Counted from the stretch's first letter, positions 24,942 through 37,399 are shown. The stretch is 64,000 nucleotides of DNA from Schizochytrium sp. TIO01 (GCA_004764695.1 SMSO01000035.1:3174040-3238039), one strand, 5' to 3'. Numbers and translations: made by a program. The notes: generated by a model not told the origin, from the letters alone.

Positions 24942-26303
24942 TTACCACAGCATAATGCCAGCAACCATGCACGCCACAGAGGTAACATCAATGCCTGTGC
25001 TTAACATTGATTTCTCCTCGTGTTGTACTTGAGACTCATAGGGATCGACAGTCTCGCCTTCCTTAAGAGCTTCCTCGAGCCGAGATGCCAGTTCACGGTT
25101 GTGCTCCAAAGCGCGCTCAAGGTCATCCATAACGTCGATGTACTTATCCTGGTTGGTGAGTGCATTTTGCTGAGAGGCACGAAGCGCTTTCTCAAGCTGT
25201 TCGACGACAGCGTAACGAACGCGGAGCTCCGCAATGCCAGCGTCACGATCAAGTTCAGGGGACTTGCTTGCGCTAAGGGTGCTGCGAAGCTTCTCAAGTT
25301 CTGCCTTGAGTGCGTCGCGCGCCTCATTAGCTTCGAAAAGCTTGTCTTGGAGGCTTTCAACACAGGCTGTGGCCTGGGCGTCATGTGCGGCGAGTTTAGC
25401 CTTGGTCGCAGCGAGTTCCTGCTCCAGAGAAATCACACGATCTAAAGCAGCTTCCTCGCGGCAGAGTGCAGCCTCGAGAAGGACTTCAGTCTGGCTGGGG
25501 TTGGGTGCGGCGACGGGCTTCTCAGGCACAACCACCGGCACAGGTGCAAGACTTTCGATCTTGTTCTCGAGAAGCTCCTCCACAATTTTAAGCTGCTCGA
25601 TTGTCGCATTGAGTTCGACCTTTATGCGTCTATTCTCTGCAGAGGTGGCTGCCAATTGGCGCTTCAGGTCCGAGTTGAGGGCGCGCGCATCCTCAAGCTC
25701 TGCTGCATCGAGCATAGCGAATCGTGAGTCTTCCTCAATAATTTCACGAAGCTTTCGTTCACGAGCAAGCGCTGACCTGGCCTCATCGCGCTCCCGCACA
25801 GCTTTCTCGGCGACCTCAAGCTTGCTCTGCACATTCTCAAGCTCCTGGCTAAGACGCACGCGCTCTTCCCGCTCGAGCTCAAGTTGGGCTTCTGCCCTTC
25901 GCACGGATCCAATACTCGTGCTTTCAAAACTGATATCAACTTCGCCGTCGGTGTCTTCGTCTTCATCCTCTTCCTCTTCCCTGACTTCCTGAATCCCTGC
26001 AAGTCTCCTGTTATGTCTGCTCAGGAGCGGCGCCTCGTGATAGTCCTTTCCAGGTGTCGTTAAAGTCGTCGAAGGCGTCGTCGTTGGCGAGGATTTAGCC
26101 GCCAGTGCAATCAACGCCTGGGCATCCTGCGCCGCTTTTCGCAGCTGCACACGCTCATCAAACGCCCTTCGTCGTGCAACGGCCAGCGCCGTCACAGTCG
26201 ACGCTACGCACCCAAAGACAGCCGCGGTCTCCATCTTCAGAAGACCGGTGCGCCAAGGACCCACAAAACGAGGACCTCGATTTGGTTTTGATTTCACTTC
26301 CAT
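24942..26303 (-). CDS. Coiled-coil protein with N-terminal signal anchor and hydrophobic C-terminus (453 aa; alternative start ~26237)
   Basis: Long E/L/A/R heptad-rich helix. Hydrophobic AAVFGCVASTVTALAVA followed by RRR near the N-terminus; the C-terminus is VTSVACMVAGIMLW. Confidence 0.78.
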   Translation of the reverse strand: MEVKSKPNRGPRFVGPWRTGLLKMETAAVFGCVASTVTALAVARRRAFDERVQLRKAAQDAQALIALAAKSSPTTTPSTTLTTPGKDYHEAPLLSRHNRRLAGIQEVREEEEDEDEDTDGEVDISFESTSIGSVRRAEAQLELEREERVRLSQELENVQSKLEVAEKAVRERDEARSALARERKLREIIEEDSRFAMLDAAELEDARALNSDLKRQLAATSAENRRIKVELNATIEQLKIVEELLENKIESLAPVPVVVPEKPVAAPNPSQTEVLLEAALCREEAALDRVISLEQELAATKAKLAAHDAQATACVESLQDKLFEANEARDALKAELEKLRSTLSASKSPELDRDAGIAELRVRYAVVEQLEKALRASQQNALTNQDKYIDVMDDLERALEHNRELASRLEEALKEGETVDPYESQVQHEEKSMLSTGIDVTSVACMVAGIMLW

Positions 26304-27378
26304 TTTTTAGTTGTCATTCATTTCATCTCTCTCTCCCTTTCTCCTCTTCATTATTTTTTTTTTAATCTAATGAAAAGGAAAGAGTAGTTATGTTGCTAAC
26401 TATTACTACCTTTGCACTTTACTTAATTTATTTACCATACCATGTTTTTAAAATAAAAACAAAGAATTTCGCCCTTATTATTCACAGTACTATAACGTCA
26501 CCGTTCATTCATTTGTTCCTTTCATAGTACAAAGAGTAACATCCTAAATTCTTTTACAATACTTTCTTTCCGACATCCTTCAACACATTACTCCTACCGT
26601 AAACGCTATATGAGCGCCTACTGTAAAACCTTTCGCCTACGGCGTCAAGTTGGAGTCCTATCTGAATGGGTAGGTAGGCATAGTAGGGTCTGAAAAGTGT
26701 CGCTTTGGCGGCTTCTTTGCTCCTCTTTCTCTTTTCCCTTTCGATTCTGTGCATTAAAATTGTTAGTTTTACTATAGTATTCGGTATATGGGGCGCTATA
26801 TGCTACCTCTTTCACACCGTCAATCGAATCCTTGTAAACGAGAACCTCGAAAACTTCGAGTTCAAGCTTTTCATGTGAAAACCAGTTCCATTCGGATTTT
26901 TCGATCGTTAGCTTCACTCTGAAAGAGTCCACGAGTCTGAATTGAAGAGCCTATTCCGCTCAGGGAAAGCCAATTGAAATGAGTGTTGATAGGGAAAGGC
27001 GGCGCGGAGCCTTCACTTCGAAGGTGCTAAAATTACTACGCACACGTAGACAAATATAATGTGTATTCGTGGTGACGTTTTCTTTTTCAATGAATTACAA
27101 TTAACGGTGCCAAGCTCAGAGTACGTGAAGAATACAGTTAGTTCTGCTTTCGCATTCGTGAACCTGCGCGAGGTTCATAGAGTTAGAAGAAGAAGGGGAC
27201 ATTTGAGTGGCCTCGAAGGCATTTACACTCCTTCTCAGAAGCTGGTTGACGAAGGGACCAGTTTGGGGGTTGTTCGCGCCATTTAGAGTGCAGAACTCAT
27301 TTTCTAAAGACACACCTCCTTTGATTTTCTTTCTGTATACAGGTGCTCTTTCGATCATTTCTACGGACCAAAACAGCA

Positions 27379-27406
27379 AATGAATGAATGAATGAATGAA
27401 TGAATG
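27379..27406. repeat. (ATGA)n microsatellite
   Basis: Directly visible. Confidence 0.85.
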
Positions 27407-28566
27407 TTGCGTAATGCTCAGAGAGGGGGTTATTGAAGGCATAGTCTAGAAGAAGTTAAATATATTGGTCCTGTATTTGGTTTACACGTTTATACTTGGA
27501 GTAGGTTTTTACCTGGAATACGAAAACCTATCAGGAGTGTGCGCAGATTAACCCCCTGGAATCGAGCAGATGATAGTGGGTCCCAGGACGAGTTATCGCA
27601 AACCTTTGGAAACGTTGGAGCTTATGTTTCGAGGAGCCAATGTTTGCATAAGATCGAACTTGCGGCTCCTTCATTCAACATTTCTCATGCTCTCAAAGTA
27701 ATTTTACATTGGCCAGCCTTCACAGAACATGAGCATGAGAGAAATGATCAATTCAGACCAAGAGAATAAATCGATCAATAAGGTAGTACTATTTCGAAGC
27801 AACAAGAAGGCAAGCAAACCTACAACAGGTAAGAAATTACTTCTAGTATATGCCGGTGCAGTTTCTTTCGGGGTTCATTGAAATATACTGAAAGCGATTC
27901 TTTCGAGGTCCCGAAAAGTACCAAGTTCTAAAAATTGAGTTAAACGGGACAAGGCAAATGCCCAAGACTCTGGAATTAGTCAATAGTTTTTAGTCTCTCA
28001 CCCAAAAGAGAACCCTGGTGACGTTGGGCATCCATACCAATCTTCATAAAATTACCAGTGTTGAGTTGAATATCATGAATTGAACATTTGCACAATCTAA
28101 TTTCAGGTATTGGGCATTGCTTTACCAAAAAACAGTAAAGCCATGATGGGGAAATGATAGTTGGAGCTCCTGATTCCATGAATATCTACTCAGTTCAATG
28201 AACTAGCTAGTGAATCGGCACAGATACCCTGATAAGCTTCGCTTGGGAAATCGCTCTGGTAAAATTTTCCTGAGCACTAATGCATATCTACTTCTCATAT
28301 CAGTATTCAGGTGCAGCGATTTGACTATTTTTGATCAAGATCATCTTCAAACTATGTTGCTCAGTCAGCACTAGTATTCCCCTCATTCCCTATGTAGTAC
28401 CAATCGATTAGATCCTGCAGTACCAAATGTTCCCCTTGTTCTCTGATCGCAGTCGCTTAAAATTCGCGATGTCATTGGAAACCTTCACTTCGATGTAAAT
28501 TCAAACTCCATTCACATCGCACTAACGATCGCGATTGCCCGTAGCAAGACAACCATTTCTCGCAAG

Positions 28567-29178
28567 ATGCTCCGCCAAGCCCTCTTCTCGCGCTCTGCGC
28601 CGTGCTCGCGGCGCTTCCTCAGTGTGTCTTCGGGTGGACGCCATCATGCTGTGGAGCGCGAGCTGCTCGATCGCGAGCAGCTGCGTCGGCAGCACAACTC
28701 CCTCTCTGCCCAGGATGCCGACGATAAACCTTTTGCGGAGTCCCTGGATGACTATTTTTCCACTCTTCGCCCCTCTGCTGAAGAGGCTACCCGCGTCAGC
28801 GAGTTCTCTGCCGCTGCAGCACGCCATTTTGAGGGCCGGGAAGGCATGGCAGCTAAGGTTTCGGAAGACTACGCTCTCCTTCTTACAGCTGTTCGGGAGA
28901 AGATTCGCCTTACTGTAGAGTGGAATGACACCGCCAAGCTCACTGAGAAGGAGCGTGTCAAAGCTACTGCTGGCCGCGTTGGTCTCTCTGTGCCAGACAA
29001 GGAGTAATTTTCTCTGACTTTCTGATGCTTTCGTGACGATTTGATGATGCTTTCTTTTAGGAGTCCGATTGAGATCTCTCCTTTCGGAAACACTTCAGTG
29101 GACATCAATATTGTAGGAGGCTTATCATGGGAGTTTGCGGCGTTACTTTGGGCAAGGCGGGGAAGATTGTGGTATTGA
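28567..29178 (+). CDS. Small putative mitochondrial protein; exon 28567-29003, possible 57-nt intron 29004-29060, exon 2 to TGA 29178 (otherwise ends at TAA 29007)
   Basis: Arg/Ser-rich presequence MLRQALFSRSAPCSRRFLS and coding-like codon bias. GTAATT donor, CTGAC branch-like motif and TTTCTTTTAG acceptor preserve the frame. Confidence 0.6.
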
Positions 29179-29699
29179 GCTGAGATTTTATTCTGTGTGG
29201 CAACTGCAAGCGGTTGAAGGTCTCTTGCCGATGGCAGAGTGGGTTTGCAATTTTCATGGTGAAAGACCAGACCCCGTGGGATCTCCAGGCCATTTTAGCA
29301 AAATGCAGAATAGAGCTTTTGGAGCATGCGTGTGGTGTATTGTGTGCTCCAATCAATAGAGAACTACACTTGATTGGAGCATCGCTTGTACTGCAAGCGA
29401 GACTATGCGCTGTCTGATATAGAGACGTGCTTATTTGTTTGCTAGCCTTATTGGCGAACTAGCTCAGGAGTATATCCCAGGAGGCATGCCTAGTTTAGTC
29501 GGTATATAACTCTTGGCAATTAAGCACACTAAAAATATATATAAACCCAAAAAATATTAAAAAATCAAGTACTATGAAGATAGATTAGCAACTATGGGAC
29601 AAAATCTTGGGCCGCTGTAGCAGACGTAGATATCACCTTTGCAACTCTGTCTCTGTCCTAAATGTGCCAGAATTGAGCAGAATTCCATTAAACATTTGA

Positions 29700-32178
29700 T
29701 CATCTGGTAACCTCTTCACGTGCAGATGGGAATGGCGAGGAACTTGCTGGCGCATCAGCGACGCGGGTTCTATTTTTCATACTGCGTAACTTTTGCTTCA
29801 CAAAGGAACTATGCTTACGCGATTTGCCGTCTGGCAGAGGACTTGTGATGGACGGGGCGTTTTCGGCATCCTCGTTGACGTCGGTACTCTCACTGTTGTT
29901 GTTTTCGCTGCCACTACCACCACGCCGCGAGCGGTTTTCCTCGAGGCGATCTAGCTCACGCTGTGCCTTTGCAGCAAGCCACTGCTGAAGCTTCTTGTGC
30001 TTCGCTAGTTCCTTCTGCTTCTCTCGCAGACTAGTTGAAAGACTCTTGGTTTCGCTCTCACTGGTCCCTGATGACGATAAATGAGAGCCAGACTTGCCAC
30101 TTACACTAGACTTTTTCTTTTTCTTACTGCCGTGCTCGGATGAATCTTGTCGGGAGCCTTGATCTTGCTCAATACGATCGCCCATGCCGCGAACACGATA
30201 TGCTACTGGAATGGTCGTACTGGGCCCAGAATCCCGTGGAGTGAGCCCGGCAGCTGCATTACTGGATGCACCACTTAGATATCGCCTGAACTCCACCTGG
30301 AATTCCTGCTCTTCAATTTCAAATGAAAAAAACTTGTCAGCACATTTCTTGAGACTTCCTAACATCGTCTTTAATCGGCGGTTTTCTGCCTTCAGCCCAG
30401 CTGCATCTGCGTTTGCCTCGCTTTTGGCTGCTGCTACTGCCGCCTGGATCTTGCGGGGTGTAACTCCGGCATCTTGGTCACTGCGAAGCTTTTGATTTTC
30501 CTTTTCTAGTTTAGCGATCTTCTCCTTCGCGTCGAACAGGTCTTTTGCCACAGCAAATGAACTCGTACTTGTGCGTCCGCCATCGTCGCGTGGTACAAGA
30601 GCAGTAGTACTAGCACCTGCAGAATCCATCAACGCTAGTGATGTGACTGCTGAAGTCCTGTCAATACTATGTGCATCTTGGAGCTGCAGAACTGAGCCTG
30701 GAGCAGGCGATAAAGATGAACTATATGAAATTCCATGTGCTTGTAAGAGTCCACGCAGGTGTTCAATCTCGGATTCAAGTCGCAAGACAAGCTCTAGGGA
30801 TACCTCGCGAGTTTCGACAACTCTTGCATGCTGCATCACACGCTTAGCGCGGTCGGCAAACTTAAGAGTTGATATAGACTCCTCTACAAAGGTTTCAGCA
30901 GGCGATAATGTTGCAATCACACAAGTACGAGAATTGCCACCCAAAGCATCCTGCAAAATGCGTGTGAGCTTGGAGTCCCGAAACGGGACGTGCGTAGAGT
31001 GTGGATCTGTCAAAGCCGCGATGCAGCGACCGAGTGTATGAAGGCTTGTGTTAATGTTGGTAAGCTCAGAAACATGCCCTTTGTCAAGCTGCTCCATTGT
31101 GCCCCATTTTTCTGAACCGGCCAGATCAACAAGATTAAGCTTTGCACGAATAACCCGGCCACTCTTTTTCTTGCGACGCTCGACGCACATTTGAAAGATT
31201 GAGTGGCTTCGACTGCTCACATCGTTCATTTGAGTTTGGCGACACGCGCGCTGTTCATCACCTTGCTCAAGAAGGGCCATACATTCATGCAAAGATGTAA
31301 CCGCGTACTCACTGAGCCCTACCACATAAATTTCTTTTGTTTCTGTATTTTCGTGAACCTGAAGCGGCCGTTGTCGATTTGGGTCTCTCAGCAAATCGAA
31401 TGGTTGATCATTATAAATTTGCATAAAACTGCAATAAATAGAAACCTCTTCTTCTTCGTCTTCATCACCTTCGCTGCCACTCTGTCGTTGACGTCGCTCT
31501 GCAATTGTTAAGACCTCGCGCACTGCACGAGGAATGACTCCCATGTTTTCTGAAAGTGCCTCTGCACCGTAAATAGACAAATCATCTTCTGGTCCAAACA
31601 TGGTGAATGACTTGCCTGATCCAGTTTGACCATAAGCAAAAATCGTGCTATTAAATCCCTGAACAACCGACTCTGCTGCAAAGCGTACTTTCTCATACAC
31701 CTCCATTTGGGTGCTGTCACTATCAAAAACATGGTCGAAACGAGCGTTGACATTATGCAACTCGGTCTCCACGCGCACCGTCGAACCATCCGCACTAACC
31801 TCTGTCACTGCCTCAGACGCTGCCTCCCGGCCGAGTAAAGGACGAATCTAAGGACCAATTCATCATCAAATAGTTGATACCATACATTAAAGAAATAAAG
31901 TTAAGTTAGAATTCCGAAGCAAAAGACTCGCCGATACGCGTTGAAAACATCTTCCCATAGAGCTCATTATGCCAACTTACTCGAATATATACTTTGATAT
32001 TCTCGCGACAGTCGTTCTGTTGTGACCTGGATTTTCCAGCGCTCTCTCCCGGCTGGTGGATAAGCTCGCCGTCTTCCTTCAGGACCAGAGCTCCGCTGGA
32101 GGACGCCATGGCGTGAGACTCCTGCTCCTTGAAACTCAGCGAGTTTACAAGGCCAAGGTCAGCAGCCTCTACAGCCAC
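29700..32178 (-). CDS. Kinesin motor protein; exon 1 32178-31981, intron 31980-31848, exon 2 31847-29700
   Basis: P-loop FAYGQTGSGKSFTM, switch I NDVSSRSH, switch II DLAGSE, HVPFRDSKLTRILQDALGGNS. Splicing GTAAGT...CCTTAG joins NIKVYIR|IRPL, the conserved first strand of the motor. C-terminal coiled coil and tail. Confidence 0.93.
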
Positions 32179-33109
32179 TCAGAATCACAACACCACGCGC
32201 GTGGTTTCGCGCCTGATGAAATCAGTATACTACCATAGTACCTTGCGAACGTTGCTGGTGCGCGCAAGGCTGAGGAAGAAAGCTCTCGATGCAGAAAGCG
32301 CTCTTAATTCCAATGAGGGCAATTCGACGGTGAACCCAACGGCTACTTTTGGAATATGGTGGAAATCTGGGATAGAAAAGTTCAAAAGTCAATAATGATT
32401 AAAGTTTGGGGGCTAATAGAATTTATCTTGCACAGAGGCAATCCAAATTATGAAGGGTTTCTTAGTTGATTCAGAGAAGCTGGGTTTTACTATTACGCAA
32501 AAGAATGAAGCCTCAATTTAAGCCAAATTTATTTTTTTGGAAATGACGATACCACTTTTTGCAGTTACAAATTTGCAGAAGCTTGCTTGCTGATATTTGT
32601 TGTATATCCTCACTGCGACTGATAGGGTAGTGCCTGGTCGTTCTTTGGAAATATTCACCAAGTAAACCCTGGAACCTCCAAGTTTTTCTGCAAGGAGAGT
32701 AAAATGAGAGATATCGCAATACGAAAAGACTATATTACTAGCACTTCTGGTGCTAATCTATTTCTAAAATCAAAGAAACTGGTTTATAAGTTGTGTAGTG
32801 TACCTTTGACTACCATCTATTTTCTTTTATAAAAAGAACTATAAAAGCTCGAGATCTTGTAGGGGCTGAATGAAGAATCCACGGACATTTTAGAAAGATG
32901 GAAAAACAACAACTGTTGTACGTCATACGTTTTGAGTACTTCAGTATCGGCAGAAAAAGAGTTTAAGACGTCCCATGGACTAGCATCATGCCTGCTAAAC
33001 CTTCTGCATCAGTTCACAAGATCGCGCAAAATCTGTTACGAGGCGTGGAATTCAGGAGTAGAAGTATTAAAAGCAATCGACAGGAATGGAAATCCAACAG
33101 CGACTCCAC

Positions 33110-35356
33110 TTATTCGTAGGTGCCATCGTGGTTACGGTCAACTTCAGAGATGATGCCCTGCCACTTCTCCGCAACGCGGCGAAGCTTGCCGGCATCAATG
33201 GTGATCAGCTGACGGTTGCGCATAAGGCACTTACCATCAACCCAAACATCGCTGACCTGGTGGCGGCTGCAAGCATACACAAGGTGAGACACAACGTGGT
33301 AGGTCGGAAGACAAGAGAGGTCCGAAAGGTTGACGGCAATCATATCAGCCTGCTTGCCAACCTCCAGAGATCCAACCTTGTCAGCAATGCCAAGTGCCTT
33401 TGCACCGTTGATGGTGGCCATGCGAAGGGCCTGAGTTGCTGGAACAGCGCAAGGCTCAAGGGCAACGCCCTTTGCAAGGATTGCAGCAAGCTTCATCTCA
33501 GCAAACATGTCAAGGGAGTTGTTCGAGGAGGCTCCGTCAGTACCAATCGCAACGTTGACGCCAGCATCAATGAGTTTTTGCACGGGGCAGAATCCACTGG
33601 CAAGCTTTAGGTTCGAGGTCGGGCAGTGCACGACATGTGCGCCAGCCGCTGCGTACTGCTTGATCTCCTCGTCGTTGAGGTAGACCATGTGCGCCGCGAC
33701 AAACTTGTCGTCCACCACACCAATGTCGAAGAGATTCTTGAGCGGGCGGCACGCCTTGTCACACTGGTGGCAAAAGGAGGAAGTGCGATCTCCGCGCTCG
33801 CTGTCCTCAACCTCTTTGGTGGTCTCGTGCAAATGAATGTGGTATGGCAAATTCTTCTCCCGCGCGAGTTTGTGGGATTTGATAAGGTCCTCCTCAGAGA
33901 CAGAATATGTACTGTGGGGTGCCACAGTAAACTTGAGGCGGTCTGAGCGGCCTTCGTAATCCTCGATCATCTGGCGGCCCTTGTCAAGATAATCTCCGGC
34001 TCCACTGGCGTAATTAGACGGGAACCCAATTACGATGGCGCCTGGAAATCCTCGGATACCGGTCTCATCAATGACCTCAGCGGTAGACTCGGGGAAGAAG
34101 TACATATCCGAGAAACAAGTGACTCCACCACGAATGAACTCAGCAATGGCCAGTCGGGATCCTTCACGAATCATTTCCTTGGATACCGTCCGGACTTCGG
34201 TGGGCCAAATCTTCTCGGTGAGCCACTTGTCAAGTTGAAGGTCGTCAGAGAATCCGCGCATGAAGACCATGGGTGTGTGGGTGTGGGCGTTAATAAGACC
34301 CGGCATAAGCACACAGTCTGGGCATCGGATGACCTTTGTTGCGTCTGAGGAGAAGGATCCGTATTTGATATCTGCGTCATGTGAAGGCAAGATATCAATG
34401 ATCTTGCCATCCTTGATGGCCACAGCGTGGTTGTCAAGGACACGGTTCTCGCCGTCAACAGTCACAACACTCATGGCGTGCACAACCTCATCGCAAGGCT
34501 CCCGAGGAGTCGACGGAGTGGGTGGCACGGACTTCGCAGACTTGGTCTCAAGCTCTTGCTCTCCAAGACGCAGAAGAACGTCCGGGTAGACCTTGAAGTG
34601 GCTGAGCACGAGGTGCACTGCGTTTTCAATCTTGGGCTGGTTCTCGTGCTGCACTGCGAAGAATTCCTCCAGAGTGAGCTGAGGTCCAATACCGTTGGCC
34701 ATGTTATCCACAATTGCAAGCATTGCGTAGGGAATCTCGAGTTCCCTTGCCAGTGTCGCTTCGTGAGCTCCAGTCATTCCAATAACTTCTCCGCATTGAG
34801 ACATAAAACGGATCTCAGCCTTAGTCTCAAAGCGGGGTCCGTTTGAGTTAACATAAACACCTCCGTCCATGACCTTCTCGCCGCCTCTGAAGAGCGCCGT
34901 AAGGATCTCCGATCGAAGAGGTTCGCTGAAACCAGGCACGTTGTGGCCTCGAGCATCATCGAAGGTGCTCATGATGTGCTGCGGACAGAAGAAGTCATCA
35001 GGCATCACCAGAGCGCCCATCCCGATATGGTGCCGCATAGAACCGACAGAGCAAACTGCGACAATGGCCTTGACATTCACCTGTTTCATGGCAGACATGA
35101 TGGCACGAAAGTTGACCAAATGCGGAGGACTGTATGGCTTAGCAATGTCTCCAGCGTGACGCTGCACAAAAACAACCTCAAGGTTCTCACTGAGCTCCTT
35201 GCGGTACATCTTAACTTTTCCAAAACCAGCCTCAGTGTCAACAACAAACTCAGTCATGGTCTCGGGGGCAAACATGGCACTCTTCAAGAGGCCGCTGCCG
35301 CCAATGACGCCCAAGACCACCTTGGACACCCCATCGATGGTAACAGGAGCCGCCAT
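33110..35356 (-). CDS. Bifunctional fusion: MTAP/PNP-family nucleoside phosphorylase (probably 5'-methylthioinosine phosphorylase) + MTA/SAH deaminase (amidohydrolase), 748 aa
   Basis: N-terminal half: GVIGGSG, FVQRH, PPHLVNFRA, AVCSVGS, GPRFETKAE, VIGMT..HEA.LAREL.IPY, IVDNMANG. C-terminal half: PGLINAHTH, WL.EKIWPTE, DMYFF, APHSTY, IHLHET, AAHMV, HCPTSNLKLASG, GTDGASSNN. One uninterrupted ORF. Confidence 0.92.
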   Translation of the reverse strand: MAAPVTIDGVSKVVLGVIGGSGLLKSAMFAPETMTEFVVDTEAGFGKVKMYRKELSENLEVVFVQRHAGDIAKPYSPPHLVNFRAIMSAMKQVNVKAIVAVCSVGSMRHHIGMGALVMPDDFFCPQHIMSTFDDARGHNVPGFSEPLRSEILTALFRGGEKVMDGGVYVNSNGPRFETKAEIRFMSQCGEVIGMTGAHEATLARELEIPYAMLAIVDNMANGIGPQLTLEEFFAVQHENQPKIENAVHLVLSHFKVYPDVLLRLGEQELETKSAKSVPPTPSTPREPCDEVVHAMSVVTVDGENRVLDNHAVAIKDGKIIDILPSHDADIKYGSFSSDATKVIRCPDCVLMPGLINAHTHTPMVFMRGFSDDLQLDKWLTEKIWPTEVRTVSKEMIREGSRLAIAEFIRGGVTCFSDMYFFPESTAEVIDETGIRGFPGAIVIGFPSNYASGAGDYLDKGRQMIEDYEGRSDRLKFTVAPHSTYSVSEEDLIKSHKLAREKNLPYHIHLHETTKEVEDSERGDRTSSFCHQCDKACRPLKNLFDIGVVDDKFVAAHMVYLNDEEIKQYAAAGAHVVHCPTSNLKLASGFCPVQKLIDAGVNVAIGTDGASSNNSLDMFAEMKLAAILAKGVALEPCAVPATQALRMATINGAKALGIADKVGSLEVGKQADMIAVNLSDLSCLPTYHVVSHLVYACSRHQVSDVWVDGKCLMRNRQLITIDAGKLRRVAEKWQGIISEVDRNHDGTYE

Positions 35357-37399
35357 GATGACGTCGCGTAGAACAACGACAGTCCAAAAACGGTATCAAC
35401 CGAGTGATTTAGATGTCCTTCAGGACGAAAGCAAAGTCGGTGCCGACGACGGTGGTGATCCACGTCGATCGAAACGAGCAATGCCAATTTGCGAGATCGA
35501 AAACCACCATTTGTGACTAAGGTGATGGCACTACCTACCTACCTGTTAGTAACAGCCAATTACAGCCACTTATTAAACAAACAAATTTATAATAAAGAAA
35601 AGAAAGAAAAGGAAAGAAAAGAAAAAGTAATCCCGCTGCCAAAATCCAAGCTTCGAAAGATCATGCATTCATTCACTTGCACACCATGGTTGTACTCACG
35701 TGCATGCAGGCATGCAAAGAAACGGAATACACCCAACTTGAAGGCCCACTTCTCTCGCAGGAGCAGGCGCTGTCAATTCAAGGAACTTGATCAAAGTAAT
35801 TCAATCCATGAAGCTGCAGCACGTACTAATCAAAAAGAAATATATTACTATGAAAAAAAGGGAAAAGAAGTAAAGTAAAAGGAGGTCAAATCAGAAAAGC
35901 CTTTCTCGAGCAACTTCAAGTCATGTCATCCTCCCGCTTTCCGCAACGCAGCTTCGTTCGCTTATCCGCCTTTCTTCGTCGAACTCGCAATGTCCAAGTA
36001 AGTCGGCGTTGGTTCCAAGGACTCCCTCGAACGAGCTTGAAATACATCTTCGACGTGTGGTAATTGATTATGTTCCTACCTGGCGAGCATCAACGACTGA
36101 ATGCTCAACTAAGCCAATCAAACAACACATGTCAATCGAACAATCAATCATTATAAACCCCAAAATCCGCCGATCAGGTGCTCCAATAAAACAGCCAAAT
36201 CAAAAGAAAGCCGTGCGTTTCAAGAAGGCCATTCTTCGCCAAGAAATATCGTCGCTCTCGAGGAATCCTGAAGAAGATCGACAATCAAAGACCTCGGCGG
36301 TGCCAACTAAGCAGTAGTTTTCAGAGAAGCTTTCCGTGGCTCCTTCCAAAGAGACCCTTCGCTATTCCTTCCCTGAGCATTACCTAATTCCAAGCTCTCC
36401 AACGCCTCCATGGAGACAAAAGAACCCTCCACAATCAGAGCCTTTCTTTGCACGCCGCGGAAACCGCGACGACGGAAACGGCGTCCATAAATCAGGCGGA
36501 AACTGTGCTTTCAAGGCGGTCAATCGATCGATCGATGATTCTTCATGAGCTGATTTTGCAACCAGAGCGAACTAACTCGATTGAACAATCTCGACCTGCA
36601 AAGCACGTATGACACGGGGATCCTGTCTCGTTTAAGCGGTTGTTGAAGCAGTCGATTGTTGATGTTCTCGGGGTCGTTTTCCGCGTCGTTTTCCGCGTCG
36701 TTGTTGGCGCTGGTGTTGGCGTTTTCGTTGATGACGGCGGTGTTGTTCGCGCATACATTGTCTGCAAGTGCTTGCGATGGACTCGAGATTTGGGAATGAA
36801 AGTCGAGTTACTTGCTTGCTTACTTGCTTACACGAGAGCGAGAGCGAGAACGATTGTGGAGGATGCGATGGGGTGGAGGTCCTTCTGTGAAGAGCATCGC
36901 GAAGATGCAGATAAAACAAAGCAAGAACCCGTTCTCGCACGGTCATGCTGGGGCTGGTATGACTGATCGTTTTGCGTTTGGGTAGTTTCTCTGTCGTGTA
37001 CGTATGTGTTTATGTGTCTATGTGTATGTACGTATGTATGTATCTATGTATGTCTTTGTGCAAAGCATTTCAGAAGGCCAGCAACGATGAAATGACTGCA
37101 GCACATGCAAAAGTCATGATCGCTTGCAGTTCGCCATGTACGCCGCTGCTGCGATGGTTGCGAAGAGAAGACCAGCCGTGGCAGGCTCCAGGGACGTTCG
37201 GGGTATTTCTGCCACCAGAACTGGGAAGTTCGAGGCTTTCGCTAAAGCGGTATACGTTTTGTAGGGAGGGAGGACTCAGGCAGGCGATGCCTATTTGGTA
37301 CCAGCAGCATCCTACGCAATTGGATACCAAAAGGGTATCCAAAGCTTCTTTGTGTTCTTTTGGCTGTTTCTTTGTTCTTATGGACGAAGAACAACAAGA

